DNA of 64,000 nt, taken from positions 2,932-66,931 of the forward strand of contig JAUSBS010000017.1 of NCBI GenBank assembly GCA_030651905.1, written 5' to 3'. This document shows positions 1 through 7,375 of this stretch, in pieces; the first letter of the stretch is position 1; every line of letters begins with the position of its first letter. The notes below the pieces were generated by a model. The model made no database searches. It saw nothing but the letters and a program-made list of their open reading frames with translations, and was not told where the DNA came from. Position numbers and translations under genes: made by a program. The stretch is from Coriobacteriia bacterium. GTDB lineage: Bacteria > Actinomycetota > Coriobacteriia > Anaerosomatales > PALSA-660.

Positions 1-1204
1 GCCGAGGGGCGCCAACAAGAGTAACTGTAGGAATCGCCACGAAGGCGGCGTTCAGAGCGCCAAGCGCGCCTCGGGCCACCAATCGATGCCCCACGCGCTC
101 CACCCAACGCGTGAGCAGAGACACATCGGCCGCATCCACTGCCAGTTGCAGCAGGCGGGGCTCGTCGCCCCGGTCAGCCAGTCGGTCGAGGAGGACGTTC
201 AGCGACGACGCGTCGCGCGCGTACATGCCCGCAGGATTCGCAAACGCCCTCTGGGCGATCTCGTGCACCCTGAACGAGGGAGGGCCGTCATGATCCGATG
301 CCGTCACCAATGGAAGAGTCGCGGCCACAACCATCAAGTCGGCCGATGCGCGCTCCATTGCCCCCGACTCGGCAATCTCGTCCAACAGACCGTCCCCCAG
401 GATTGCCATAGACTGAAGCATGCGCTGTTGCGGCTCCGACAGTTGAGAGTCTCGAAGGTGGCGTAGGAGCAGGGCAATTTGCGGGTGTGATGGCAGAACG
501 CTCTGGGCGCTTCCTGATCCGGCGGCAAGGCACTTCGCCAACACGGAGAGTAGTCCCGGCTGTCTACCAGAGGCGTCAATGATGGTCGCGAGGCCCGTGC
601 TGCTCGGAATGCCGCCGACAACGGCCGCGACTACCGCCTGAGCCTCTTCGTCGTCAAGAAGAAGGTCGCGGGCCTCGAACTGCAGAGTGTCGACTGACCC
701 ACACTCGAATGCTGCTCCATGCCTGATCGTCGCGACAACGCACACGACCGGACACTCTTGGTTCGCACTCATCCTGCTCAGGTCGCTCAACACAGCCGCC
801 GCCTTGGGATCCAGCCCGTCGAGTACCAGGCACAGCGACTCGGCGTCGAGCGCATTGAGTGCGGCCTCGAGACTCAGGCAGAGTTCCGCTTGGCTCGGCC
901 GTGGCTCCAACGACAGGCCATCGGAACCCAGTATGTCTGGGCCGCCCCCAAGCTTGTCCCTCGCCGCAGTCAGCACCTGTGCAGCCGTGGTGCACCCTGC
1001 AGGTACCGGAATCCAAAGCGCACCGTTGAACCTGGCGCTGGCAGCCATCTGGGCGGCGAGCACAGTCTTCCCGTAGGCCGCCGGTGCGGACAGGACGACG
1101 GCAGACGATCTCACGCGCTCAAACAGAGCGATGAGCCTCGAACGGGGCACCATCCCGGCATAATCAGGGATCGCCAGACGAGTGGGGATCTCGGCCTTGG
1201 ACAT
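1..1204 (-). CDS. MalT/LuxR-type large ATP-binding (LAL/STAND) regulator, N-terminal part; the gene runs off the left edge
   Basis: Absent from the ORF track because it has no in-window stop. My translation from ATG 1204 (SD GGGAGGG about 7 nt upstream) gives MSKAEIPTRLAIPDYAGMVPRSRLIALFERVRSSAVVLSAPAAYGKTVLAAQM. This is the RxRL...APAGYGKT Walker-A N-terminus typical of MalT/LAL regulators. I checked every tta/cta/tca in this frame and found no stop between 1204 and 1. Confidence 0.6.
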   Translation of the reverse strand, partial: MSKAEIPTRLAIPDYAGMVPRSRLIALFERVRSSAVVLSAPAAYGKTVLAAQMAASARFNGALWIPVPAGCTTAAQVLTAARDKLGGGPDILGSDGLSLEPRPSQAELCLSLEAALNALDAESLCLVLDGLDPKAAAVLSDLSRMSANQECPVVCVVATIRHGAAFECGSVDTLQFEARDLLLDDEEAQAVVAAVVGGIPSSTGLATIIDASGRQPGLLSVLAKCLAAGSGSAQSVLPSHPQIALLLRHLRDSQLSEPQQRMLQSMAILGDGLLDEIAESGAMERASADLMVVAATLPLVTASDHDGPPSFRVHEIAQRAFANPAGMYARDASSLNVLLDRLADRGDEPRLLQLAVDAADVSLLTRWVERVGHRLVARGALGALNAAFVAIPTVTLVGAPR

Positions 1205-1264
1205 GCGTCACCCTCCCACAGATTCATGTCCGAGAGGGGGCGGACGGTCAGCCTGAGTAGCTGC

Positions 1265-1852
1265 CTACTTCGCCACTGACACCGACAGTCCTGCATCAGA
1301 CGATCGAGCGACCACAGGCAGTGTTCGCATCGCGTAGGCAACGTAGGTCGCGACTCCACAGCAGAGCATAAGGTCTCCGGCGCTGGCAATCGAGCGCAGC
1401 CATGTTGGCCCCGGAACGGGCATTACATCAGCAAGCGCGGCCGCACGCGTTGCGGCTGTCAGCACTACGTGCGCGAAATCAGTAGATGACAATCCAGAAG
1501 CGAAGGTACCCTTTACGACGGTGAGAGCCTCCGCGGCCACTGGCATGCCTCCGTTGAGCGCGATCACGACAGTATTGAGCAACATTCCAACCCCCGCGAT
1601 AGAGAGCCCTGGGTGCCGGCAGTTGGCTAGACAGACAGCGAGCAGGACGAAGAAGCTCCCCAGCCAGACCGAGTAGACAACATCACGAGCGACTCCAGCG
1701 GAGCGCACGGTGGGCAGTAGCGCTTGAAGTACCAGTGCGATGAACAGCAGCCACTCCCCGCGCAACCGGGCATGCGCCAGATTCGAGACCTTGCCGCCGG
1801 CGACCAAGCCGAGCACGACGCCCATGAAGGGTCCTGCCAGGAGAATCACCAA
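1265..1852 (-). CDS. small polytopic membrane protein (about 5 hydrophobic helices), function unknown; possibly DUF5317-like (from memory, unverified)
   Basis: The 195-aa ORF starts MVILLAGPFMGVVLGLVAGG and has repeated hydrophobic spans. Its start overlaps the stop of the upstream HD-domain gene (1846-1852), so it is probably co-transcribed. Confidence 0.6.
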   Translation of the reverse strand: MVILLAGPFMGVVLGLVAGGKVSNLAHARLRGEWLLFIALVLQALLPTVRSAGVARDVVYSVWLGSFFVLLAVCLANCRHPGLSIAGVGMLLNTVVIALNGGMPVAAEALTVVKGTFASGLSSTDFAHVVLTAATRAAALADVMPVPGPTWLRSIASAGDLMLCCGVATYVAYAMRTLPVVARSSDAGLSVSVAK

Positions 1853-3057
1853 GCCTCCTCGAGCTCGGCCCTGTTGAGCACCAGGCGGCCCGAGCGTGCT
1901 CTTGATTCGACTCGACGCAGGGCGCGGTCGACGTCCCGACGCGTGCCTGCGTACAGCCGAGTGCCGATCGCCTCTGATAACTGAGGCGTTTCGAGCGCCG
2001 CACCCAGTTGAACAGCGTCATCGAACTCGCTCATGCGCTCCACCACATACGCGGCTACCAGGTCATCCATATCCGGAGACGACTGCACCGCCCCATGGCT
2101 GTCGATGATTTGCAGTATGGGCACCGCACCTGAAAGGAAGGTCACGCCCTCAAGAACGTCCGCACTGCGGGCCTGGTCGACTTCGCTCCCGTCCTCGAAG
2201 CCGAGCCGACCCACGTCGTGGAACAGGGCAGCGTAGGTCAGACTCTCAAGGCGCCGTCCGTGTAGGCCGAGGGTTCGCCCGGTCTCTCCGGCAAGACTCG
2301 CGACCCGCTCAGCATGGCCTCGTCTCAGCGGGTCCTGAGCCTCGATCGCGCGAGCCAGCACCTCGATCGTCGAGCGGTACGCTTGCCTAACCTCCACAAG
2401 CATTGAGAACGACTTCCGCATGACAAGGAGCAGTCCAACGACAATCGCTAGTCCAAGCAGGTCCATTGAGCGGTAGATCATGACTGCGAGAACCGCCACT
2501 GACACCTGTGCCGCAGTCATCCACCCCTGGAGTCGGATGTTCCCGGCGATCAGCGGAAGAATCGGCGCAGAAAGCCTGACAGCCGATCCGACTTGGGCCA
2601 CACAGATGTCCATAGCGAAGAACGCACACGCAACCGCTAGCACGCGTAGGTAGAAGCTCGGATCAGCAGCAGCAACCTGACTTCCGCCATCCATGAGGCG
2701 GTAGAGGATCGCGGCCCATCCGACAACGAGAATACGGCGGCTCGCGTCATCGAACACACGCCAAGGACTATCGATCGCACGTCTCAGCAACCATACCAGC
2801 AGCCGCGCGGCGACCAAGACGGACACTGCGGCAATTGGGTGGAGGATCAGGCCCGCTGCGAGCGCCACCGCTCCGCCCAGTTCGGAGGAGTCCCCTCTGG
2901 GCAGCCACACATCGAACATGCCAAGCAATGCCAGCGCAACGAAGAAGTACGCAGCGGGCAGGACACTAGGCGCCTCCGGCGACCAGCGGAGGAGCAACAG
3001 TAGCGCGACGGCACCGCCGACCGCCTGGGCCAGACTGAGTAGGCGCGCCCTAAGCAT
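1846..3057 (-). CDS. multi-pass membrane protein with a C-terminal degenerate HD domain (HD-GYP paralog lacking the HHE/GYP half)
   Basis: 403 aa. It has a long hydrophobic N-terminal half, then GHAERVA...LFHDVGRLG (H and HD motifs). No HHExxDGxGYP or DxxDA motifs follow. Its ATG lies inside an 8-nt overlap (ATGCTTAG) with the upstream gene's stop. Confidence 0.75.
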   Translation of the reverse strand: MLRARLLSLAQAVGGAVALLLLLRWSPEAPSVLPAAYFFVALALLGMFDVWLPRGDSSELGGAVALAAGLILHPIAAVSVLVAARLLVWLLRRAIDSPWRVFDDASRRILVVGWAAILYRLMDGGSQVAAADPSFYLRVLAVACAFFAMDICVAQVGSAVRLSAPILPLIAGNIRLQGWMTAAQVSVAVLAVMIYRSMDLLGLAIVVGLLLVMRKSFSMLVEVRQAYRSTIEVLARAIEAQDPLRRGHAERVASLAGETGRTLGLHGRRLESLTYAALFHDVGRLGFEDGSEVDQARSADVLEGVTFLSGAVPILQIIDSHGAVQSSPDMDDLVAAYVVERMSEFDDAVQLGAALETPQLSEAIGTRLYAGTRRDVDRALRRVESRARSGRLVLNRAELEEAW

Positions 3058-4354
3058 GAGTCAGCGCCACCCCCTCCTCCGTGAGCGTACCGGCCGCGGG
3101 CTCACTCATCGCCGGCATCGCGGCGATGAAGGCCTGGACCACATCCGCATCAAACTGACGATCTACACCGGCAGTGAGCTCGGATACGGCGTCCTCGTGA
3201 GTCAGCGCGTGTCGGTACGGACGCTCGGATGTCATGGCGTCGTAGCTATCCGCTACGGCGAGGATTCGAGCGGCCAAAGGGATGGCATCACCGGCGATTC
3301 CCTGCCCGTACCCTGCGCCATCGATCCTTTCATGGTGGTACTGCACGATCGGTCGGACGTCAGCGAGGAACGGCACCGTCTCGAGTATATGTGCGCCGAT
3401 ATCGGGATGTTGCCGGATCTGGTTGAACTCGGAATCGGTAAGTGCGGATTCCTTCGCCAACAACGCACGACTGATTCCGACCTTCCCGAGATCGTGCAAG
3501 AGCGAAGCGTACTCGATCCGCTCAACCTCCTCGTCCCGGAGGTCAAGTCCACGCGCAATCGCCACCGCGTATCGCGCCACGCGTACCGAGTGTCCTTTCG
3601 TGTATGGGTCCTTGGCCTCGATAGCAGCGACGAGCGAGCGAATAGTCCCTGAATACGCTTCCTTGAGGTCGACATAGCGCTGATGGACTTGGCGCGCGAC
3701 CACGAGCGGTGTGGCAAAGAGGGCGAATCCGGCCGCACCGAGCACCGCGACAATCTGCGCAATCGCCAATCCAACCAGACCAAGCGCCAGCTGCGAGGGG
3801 ATCATCCACATGAACGAATCGCGCCACGACTTTCGCAACGGGACGTCGTAGAGGAGCCTGATTGCGAGGCTCGCCAGCAGGAAGTTCACCAGAACTCCTA
3901 CGACTGCAGCAGCCAGCAGGGGAAGCGCGAGTCCTCGGATATCGCTCAAAACCAACGGCGAAATAGCCAACGGCCTACCCTGCAGCAGGACATAGACCCA
4001 CCCCGGAACCGATGCGGTGAGCATCATCTGTCCTGTGTTGAATAGGAACTTACTCGGGGTCATTCGGGGACGCGCGAACAGGTTCGGCACCATCGATGCC
4101 ATGCCTGCAAGCGCTCCGCCGATCGGCCCGAAGAGAACGCTGGTGGCGACGAAGAGTGGATATGCAAGAGACATGCTGCCGCTTGCGGACACGAAGACGG
4201 CCAGCACCTCGGAGATCACGACGGCGGCAATCAGCAGCCAGAATCGGTACCCCATGAACCATGAGGTCTCTCGCGGAGCCCAGTAGAGCGGCCCGAACGC
4301 TGTGATCGCCACAGCGGCTGAGAACGCAGCGAAGCGGAGGTCACGATTCTCCAT
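3050..4354 (-). CDS. membrane-anchored HD-GYP-type c-di-GMP phosphodiesterase (GYG variant)
   Basis: Motifs present: KGHSVRVARYA, LLHDLGKVGI, QHPDIGAHIL, HHERIDGAGYGQG and ADSYDAMTSERPYR. The N-terminal half is hydrophobic. I prefer ATG 4354 (MENRDL, GGAGG about 7 nt upstream) over the track's TTG at 4378. Confidence 0.85.
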   Translation of the reverse strand: MENRDLRFAAFSAAVAITAFGPLYWAPRETSWFMGYRFWLLIAAVVISEVLAVFVSASGSMSLAYPLFVATSVLFGPIGGALAGMASMVPNLFARPRMTPSKFLFNTGQMMLTASVPGWVYVLLQGRPLAISPLVLSDIRGLALPLLAAAVVGVLVNFLLASLAIRLLYDVPLRKSWRDSFMWMIPSQLALGLVGLAIAQIVAVLGAAGFALFATPLVVARQVHQRYVDLKEAYSGTIRSLVAAIEAKDPYTKGHSVRVARYAVAIARGLDLRDEEVERIEYASLLHDLGKVGISRALLAKESALTDSEFNQIRQHPDIGAHILETVPFLADVRPIVQYHHERIDGAGYGQGIAGDAIPLAARILAVADSYDAMTSERPYRHALTHEDAVSELTAGVDRQFDADVVQAFIAAMPAMSEPAAGTLTEEGVALTHA

Positions 4355-4408
4355 CGTTGAGCCTCCGCCCCGCTTCAAACCGGTACCAACGTGCTGATGA
4401 CGCTTGGC

Positions 4409-4486
4409 CTACCAGACCTTGTAGGCAGCCCCGCCGCTGAGAACGAGCGCGGAAAGGGAAGCCAGAACCAGGATGATGCGCTTCAT
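4409..4486 (-). CDS. unannotated small hydrophobic protein, 25 aa (MKRIILVLASLSALVLSGGAAYKVW)
   Basis: Below the ORF-track length cut-off. ATG 4486 is preceded by GGAGGT with a 6-nt spacer, and the stop is TAG at 4411-4409. 20 of 25 codons end in G/C, like the flanking genes. It lies 54 nt upstream of the HD-GYP gene on the same strand. Confidence 0.4.
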   Translation of the reverse strand: MKRIILVLASLSALVLSGGAAYKVW

Positions 4487-4538
4487 GAGAAGACCTCCGT
4501 ATTTCGGTGTGGAATGACAAACCGATTCGGGTCTTCTC
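4487..4538 (-). promoter_or_regulatory. leader hairpin that can sequester the SD of the 25-codon ORF
   Basis: Perfect 9-bp inverted repeat: GAGAAGACC (4530-4538 on the mRNA 5' side) and GGTCTTCTC (4487-4495). The 3' arm abuts the ATG and overlaps GGAGGT. The 34-nt loop contains an inner TCGGT/ACCGA helix. Confidence 0.3.
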
Positions 4539-4627
4539 CCATCCCGCTAGTGATGGAAGAACGCGCACCGCTCCGCTCAATGCGAGCAAGCTGTTCGGTC
4601 CAACGGTCACGTCTGTTGGTCCTCGTG

Positions 4628-5290
4628 TTATGTGGTTGTCAAGAAGCCCAGTCGCCGATTGATCGCATCCAGGGTGGCGCGGACCAGTGAGTCGTTCTCG
4701 CTTTGCCGCGCAAGCGCGGAGCCGGCCAGTGCCTGCTCCCCCAGCGGTGTGACGAGGATGACGCACGAGACTGCAACGCGCTCGCGTCCTAGTGTGACTA
4801 TGGCGACGTCTTCCAACGCGAAGCCGAACGTACCCGCCGTGTACTTCTCAACGGCGTTCAGCGTGGCCTGCCCGACAAGCCTGCGGCGTCCTGTGGTGGA
4901 CGCGGGGCCTTCGGCCACGCCGGTGTAGACCTCCCCTTCCAGCTCGAGTGTCACGGTGGCCACCGCGCGCACGCCCATCACGTCGGTATGCACCGAGTTG
5001 ATGCGCGCCCTGGCGGGTGCCGCCGGTGTCTCATCGATGACGATGGACTCACGCCCAAGCTGGGCGATGGAGACCTTCTTGTGGTCGATGGTGATCCCGA
5101 ACTGGGCCATGATCGTGGACTCGATGTCGCGGACCAGCTGCTTGGGCGTCTTGGACGGGTCGGCCAGGACGTGGATTTCCTGTATGAAACCGTCGTCGGA
5201 CGACACGATGCGAGCGGCTCGGATCTCCGCTACCTGCGAGAGAGCCGTCTCGATCTCGAGGATGAGTTCAGGTGCGATCGACTGGTCCAC
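4628..5290 (-). CDS. conserved-looking hypothetical protein (about 220 aa, two alpha/beta-like halves), function unknown
   Basis: The track ORF is 4628-5503. I trim it to GTG 5290 (AAGGGG 9 nt upstream) because the first 71 codons are rich in A/T-ending rare codons and contain a terminator hairpin and a promoter-like motif. The remaining sequence (VDQSIAPELILEIETALSQ...RATLDAINRRLGFLTTT) has normal composition. Confidence 0.6.
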   Translation of the reverse strand: MDQSIAPELILEIETALSQVAEIRAARIVSSDDGFIQEIHVLADPSKTPKQLVRDIESTIMAQFGITIDHKKVSIAQLGRESIVIDETPAAPARARINSVHTDVMGVRAVATVTLELEGEVYTGVAEGPASTTGRRRLVGQATLNAVEKYTAGTFGFALEDVAIVTLGRERVAVSCVILVTPLGEQALAGSALARQSENDSLVRATLDAINRRLGFLTTT

Positions 5291-5385
5291 GAGCGCAGTC
5301 CCCTTGTTCGATGAAATGCTGCGAGTAGTCCTGCTGCTGGTCAGATGTGTCCCCTGTGCGCGCCCGAGGCGCAGGCACACGGGTA

Positions 5386-5431
5386 ACTCTAGTCCTGCGC
5401 TGTTCGGAGTGTCAACGGTGACGAACGTCAC
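5386..5431 (-). promoter_or_regulatory. candidate sigma-A-type promoter (TTGACA-18-TAGAGT) with an adjacent CRP/FNR-like palindrome
   Basis: On the minus strand, TTGACA lies at 5415-5410 and TAGAGT at 5391-5386, with an 18-nt spacer. Immediately upstream, GTGACGAACGTCAC (5418-5431) fits a GTGA-N6-TCAC palindrome. Confidence 0.3.
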
Positions 5432-5442
5432 GCCGCCCGTGA

Positions 5443-5469
5443 CGAGAGGCGCCCCAGGGGCGCCTCTCG
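5443..5469 (-). terminator. terminator-like hairpin after hpf
   Basis: CGAGAGGCGCCCC-N-GGGGCGCCTCTCG is a near-perfect 13-bp inverted repeat about 31 nt downstream of the hpf stop. It has no U-tract. Confidence 0.5.
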
Positions 5470-5499
5470 GTTCTAGACGGGTATGAACGGGGCTGCCGC

Positions 5500-6069
5500 T
5501 CACGCCTCTTTCGGCACGATCAGCCCGTAGTCGCCGTCGCGGCGCTTGTACAACACGTTGACCATCGCGTTCTCCGACGACTCGAACACGAAGAAGTCAT
5601 GTCCCAGCAGTTCGAGCTGCAGGATGGCCTCGTCGGCGTCCATCGGCTTGAGCTCCATCGACTTGGTCTTGACGATGACGGGCGGCGTCTCGTCGGCGAA
5701 CTCATCCTCCTCCGCGACGGCCGCGCCGACATCCGGCGGTCCGCCGGCGTGCGCCGAGTTCTTGCGGTCCAGCTTGCCCTTGAACTTGCTCGCCTGGCGC
5801 TCCAGCTTCCCAGCCACAAGATCGATGGCGGCCTTCATGTCGCTCGCTGACTCGCGCGCCCGAATCACCGGTCCGGGGTGCTTCGTTCGAATGGTCGCCT
5901 CGGCGACCTGGTTCTTCTCGATCGAGCGGTTCCGTTCGTGGTAGAGCTCCACTTCCACGTCCATGACCATGCTGTTGAGGAGCCGTGCGGCCTTCCCCAC
6001 CTTCTCCTCGGCGTACGCGCGGATGTCCGGCCTGACCTCCATGTGACGACCCTTGACGATCATTTCCAT
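5500..6069 (-). CDS. hpf: ribosome hibernation promoting factor, long form
   Basis: The 189-aa product starts MEMIVKGRHMEVRPDIRAYAEEKVGKAARLL (S30AE/RaiA fold signature). It has a C-terminal VKTKSMELKPMDADEAILQLELLGHDFFVF dimerisation domain. AAGGAGG lies upstream. Confidence 0.9.
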   Translation of the reverse strand: MEMIVKGRHMEVRPDIRAYAEEKVGKAARLLNSMVMDVEVELYHERNRSIEKNQVAEATIRTKHPGPVIRARESASDMKAAIDLVAGKLERQASKFKGKLDRKNSAHAGGPPDVGAAVAEEDEFADETPPVIVKTKSMELKPMDADEAILQLELLGHDFFVFESSENAMVNVLYKRRDGDYGLIVPKEA

Positions 6070-6199
6070 ACGCTTGTCGGCCTCCTTCCGGTGTTACATC
6101 CAACATACCCGAGCGCGATGGCTTACAGGCCGCGAACACAGGTGGTATACCGATGAAGGGCGTGGCAGGGGCGAAGAGAGCTCTCACGGGGGAGATGCG

Positions 6200-6871
6200 A
6201 TGAACGACGATCAGGTGAAGCGCACGCTCCCGCCGTGGGCATGGATCGCCACGGGGCTGCTCGCTGTCGCGCTGGTCGTGGGCGCGGTCGCCTTCGCCTA
6301 CATCAGCGGTCTGTCAGCGGGCCGGGACACCAACGCGTCCGGAGAGACCACACGGACCGCCTCGGGTGAGACCAGCGATTCGCCCGACGCCTCCGTGGCC
6401 GTGCTGCCGGCTGATGAGCCGCCGGCCGAGGAGCCCGTGGCCGACGTCCCCGCCGTCGAGGCGGCGAAAGACCCCCCACCGTCGTCCACTCCGACCAAGA
6501 CGCTCACGCCGCTCCAGCCGAAGATCCCGAAGATCTCCAAGCTCTACACGGTCCCCACCACATGGAAGGTCGTCTTCAAGCACAGCAACACGGGTCCGTG
6601 GGAGATGCCGAATCCGCCCGGCTTGCCGCTGGATGCGGGCTACCTGCGCATGACCGTGCTGGCCACCGACAACGCCAACAACTCGGGCTACGTCCAACTC
6701 AAGCGCGTGGACGGCGGTGCCTCGCTGCCAAACTACGGCATCCTCTACAGCTGGTCGGCGGGGGTCGGCAACGTGGTCTACAAGGTGACCGACCCGGTGC
6801 TGATCGAGGCCGGCACGTATCAGCTGCGCGCCAGCATCCAAGGCCCGTGGACGATCGTGCTCGAGAAGTAG
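6200..6871 (+). CDS. single-pass membrane-anchored protein with Pro/Ser/Thr-rich linker and C-terminal beta-rich domain, unknown function
   Basis: In-frame ATG 6200 gives MNDDQVKRTLPPWAWIATGLLAVALVVGAVAFAYI (one TM helix), then a low-complexity linker and a roughly 110-aa domain. The track's upstream extension (6053) overlaps the hpf start region. Confidence 0.65.
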   Translation: MNDDQVKRTLPPWAWIATGLLAVALVVGAVAFAYISGLSAGRDTNASGETTRTASGETSDSPDASVAVLPADEPPAEEPVADVPAVEAAKDPPPSSTPTKTLTPLQPKIPKISKLYTVPTTWKVVFKHSNTGPWEMPNPPGLPLDAGYLRMTVLATDNANNSGYVQLKRVDGGASLPNYGILYSWSAGVGNVVYKVTDPVLIEAGTYQLRASIQGPWTIVLEK

Positions 6872-6923
6872 GGCGGGCGCGCACGTGCGGCCCGCGACCG
6901 TGATGGACGAGAGGACGCCCGAC

Positions 6924-7316
6924 ATGCGACGAGGGATGCTCGGCATCAGGACCGCAGCGGTGTGCGTCGCCGCCTCCATCGCGCTGACCGGCTGCTGGGC
7001 GCCCGGCGCGCCCGGGGGCGGCGCCACGCCCGGGGGCGTGAACGCCACACCGACCGCGGAGGCGAGCGCTCCGATCACGCCTCCGCCCACCACAGCGAAG
7101 ACCGTCGTGGTCCCGGACGTCCTCGGCATGTACTACGACGACGCCGCGGCCGCCCTCAAGGAGGTCGGGCTCGAGCCGGTCGAGATGTCCATCCACGGCC
7201 CGATAGACGAGGATGCGGGTGACATCGGCGGCATCTACCGTCAGACGCCGAAGGCGGGCGAGGCGGTCGCGCCCGGCACAGCGGTCGAGTTGCGGTACTG
7301 GTGGGAGTCGCAGTAG
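6924..7316 (+). CDS. lipoprotein with a single PASTA domain
   Basis: MRRGMLGIRTAAVCVAASIALTGC is a lipobox signal. It is followed by VVVPDVLGMYYDDAAAALKEVGLEP...YRQTPKAGEAVAPGTAVEL, which matches the PASTA pattern. GAGAGGA lies 8-9 nt before ATG 6924. Confidence 0.75.
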   Translation: MRRGMLGIRTAAVCVAASIALTGCWAPGAPGGGATPGGVNATPTAEASAPITPPPTTAKTVVVPDVLGMYYDDAAAALKEVGLEPVEMSIHGPIDEDAGDIGGIYRQTPKAGEAVAPGTAVELRYWWESQ

Positions 7317-7375
7317 CGGCACGGCTGCAGCCAGGTGTCCGTCGACGTACTGAACCGACACGAAGGAGAGCGACT

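Noticed and set aside
4487-4627. Possible c-di-GMP riboswitch upstream of the HD-GYP operon
   Set aside because: I saw no GEMM-I-like (GCAAACC / CGCAAAGC-type) or class-II-like conserved strings. The structures present are a simple post-gene hairpin (about 4596-4621) and the SD-sequestering stem reported above.
5291-5503. First 71 codons of track ORF 4628-5503, which overlaps the hpf stop with GTGA
   Set aside because: The region is rich in A/T-ending rare codons and contains a strong hairpin and a promoter-like motif. I treat it as intergenic, although the GTGA overlap initially looked like translational coupling.
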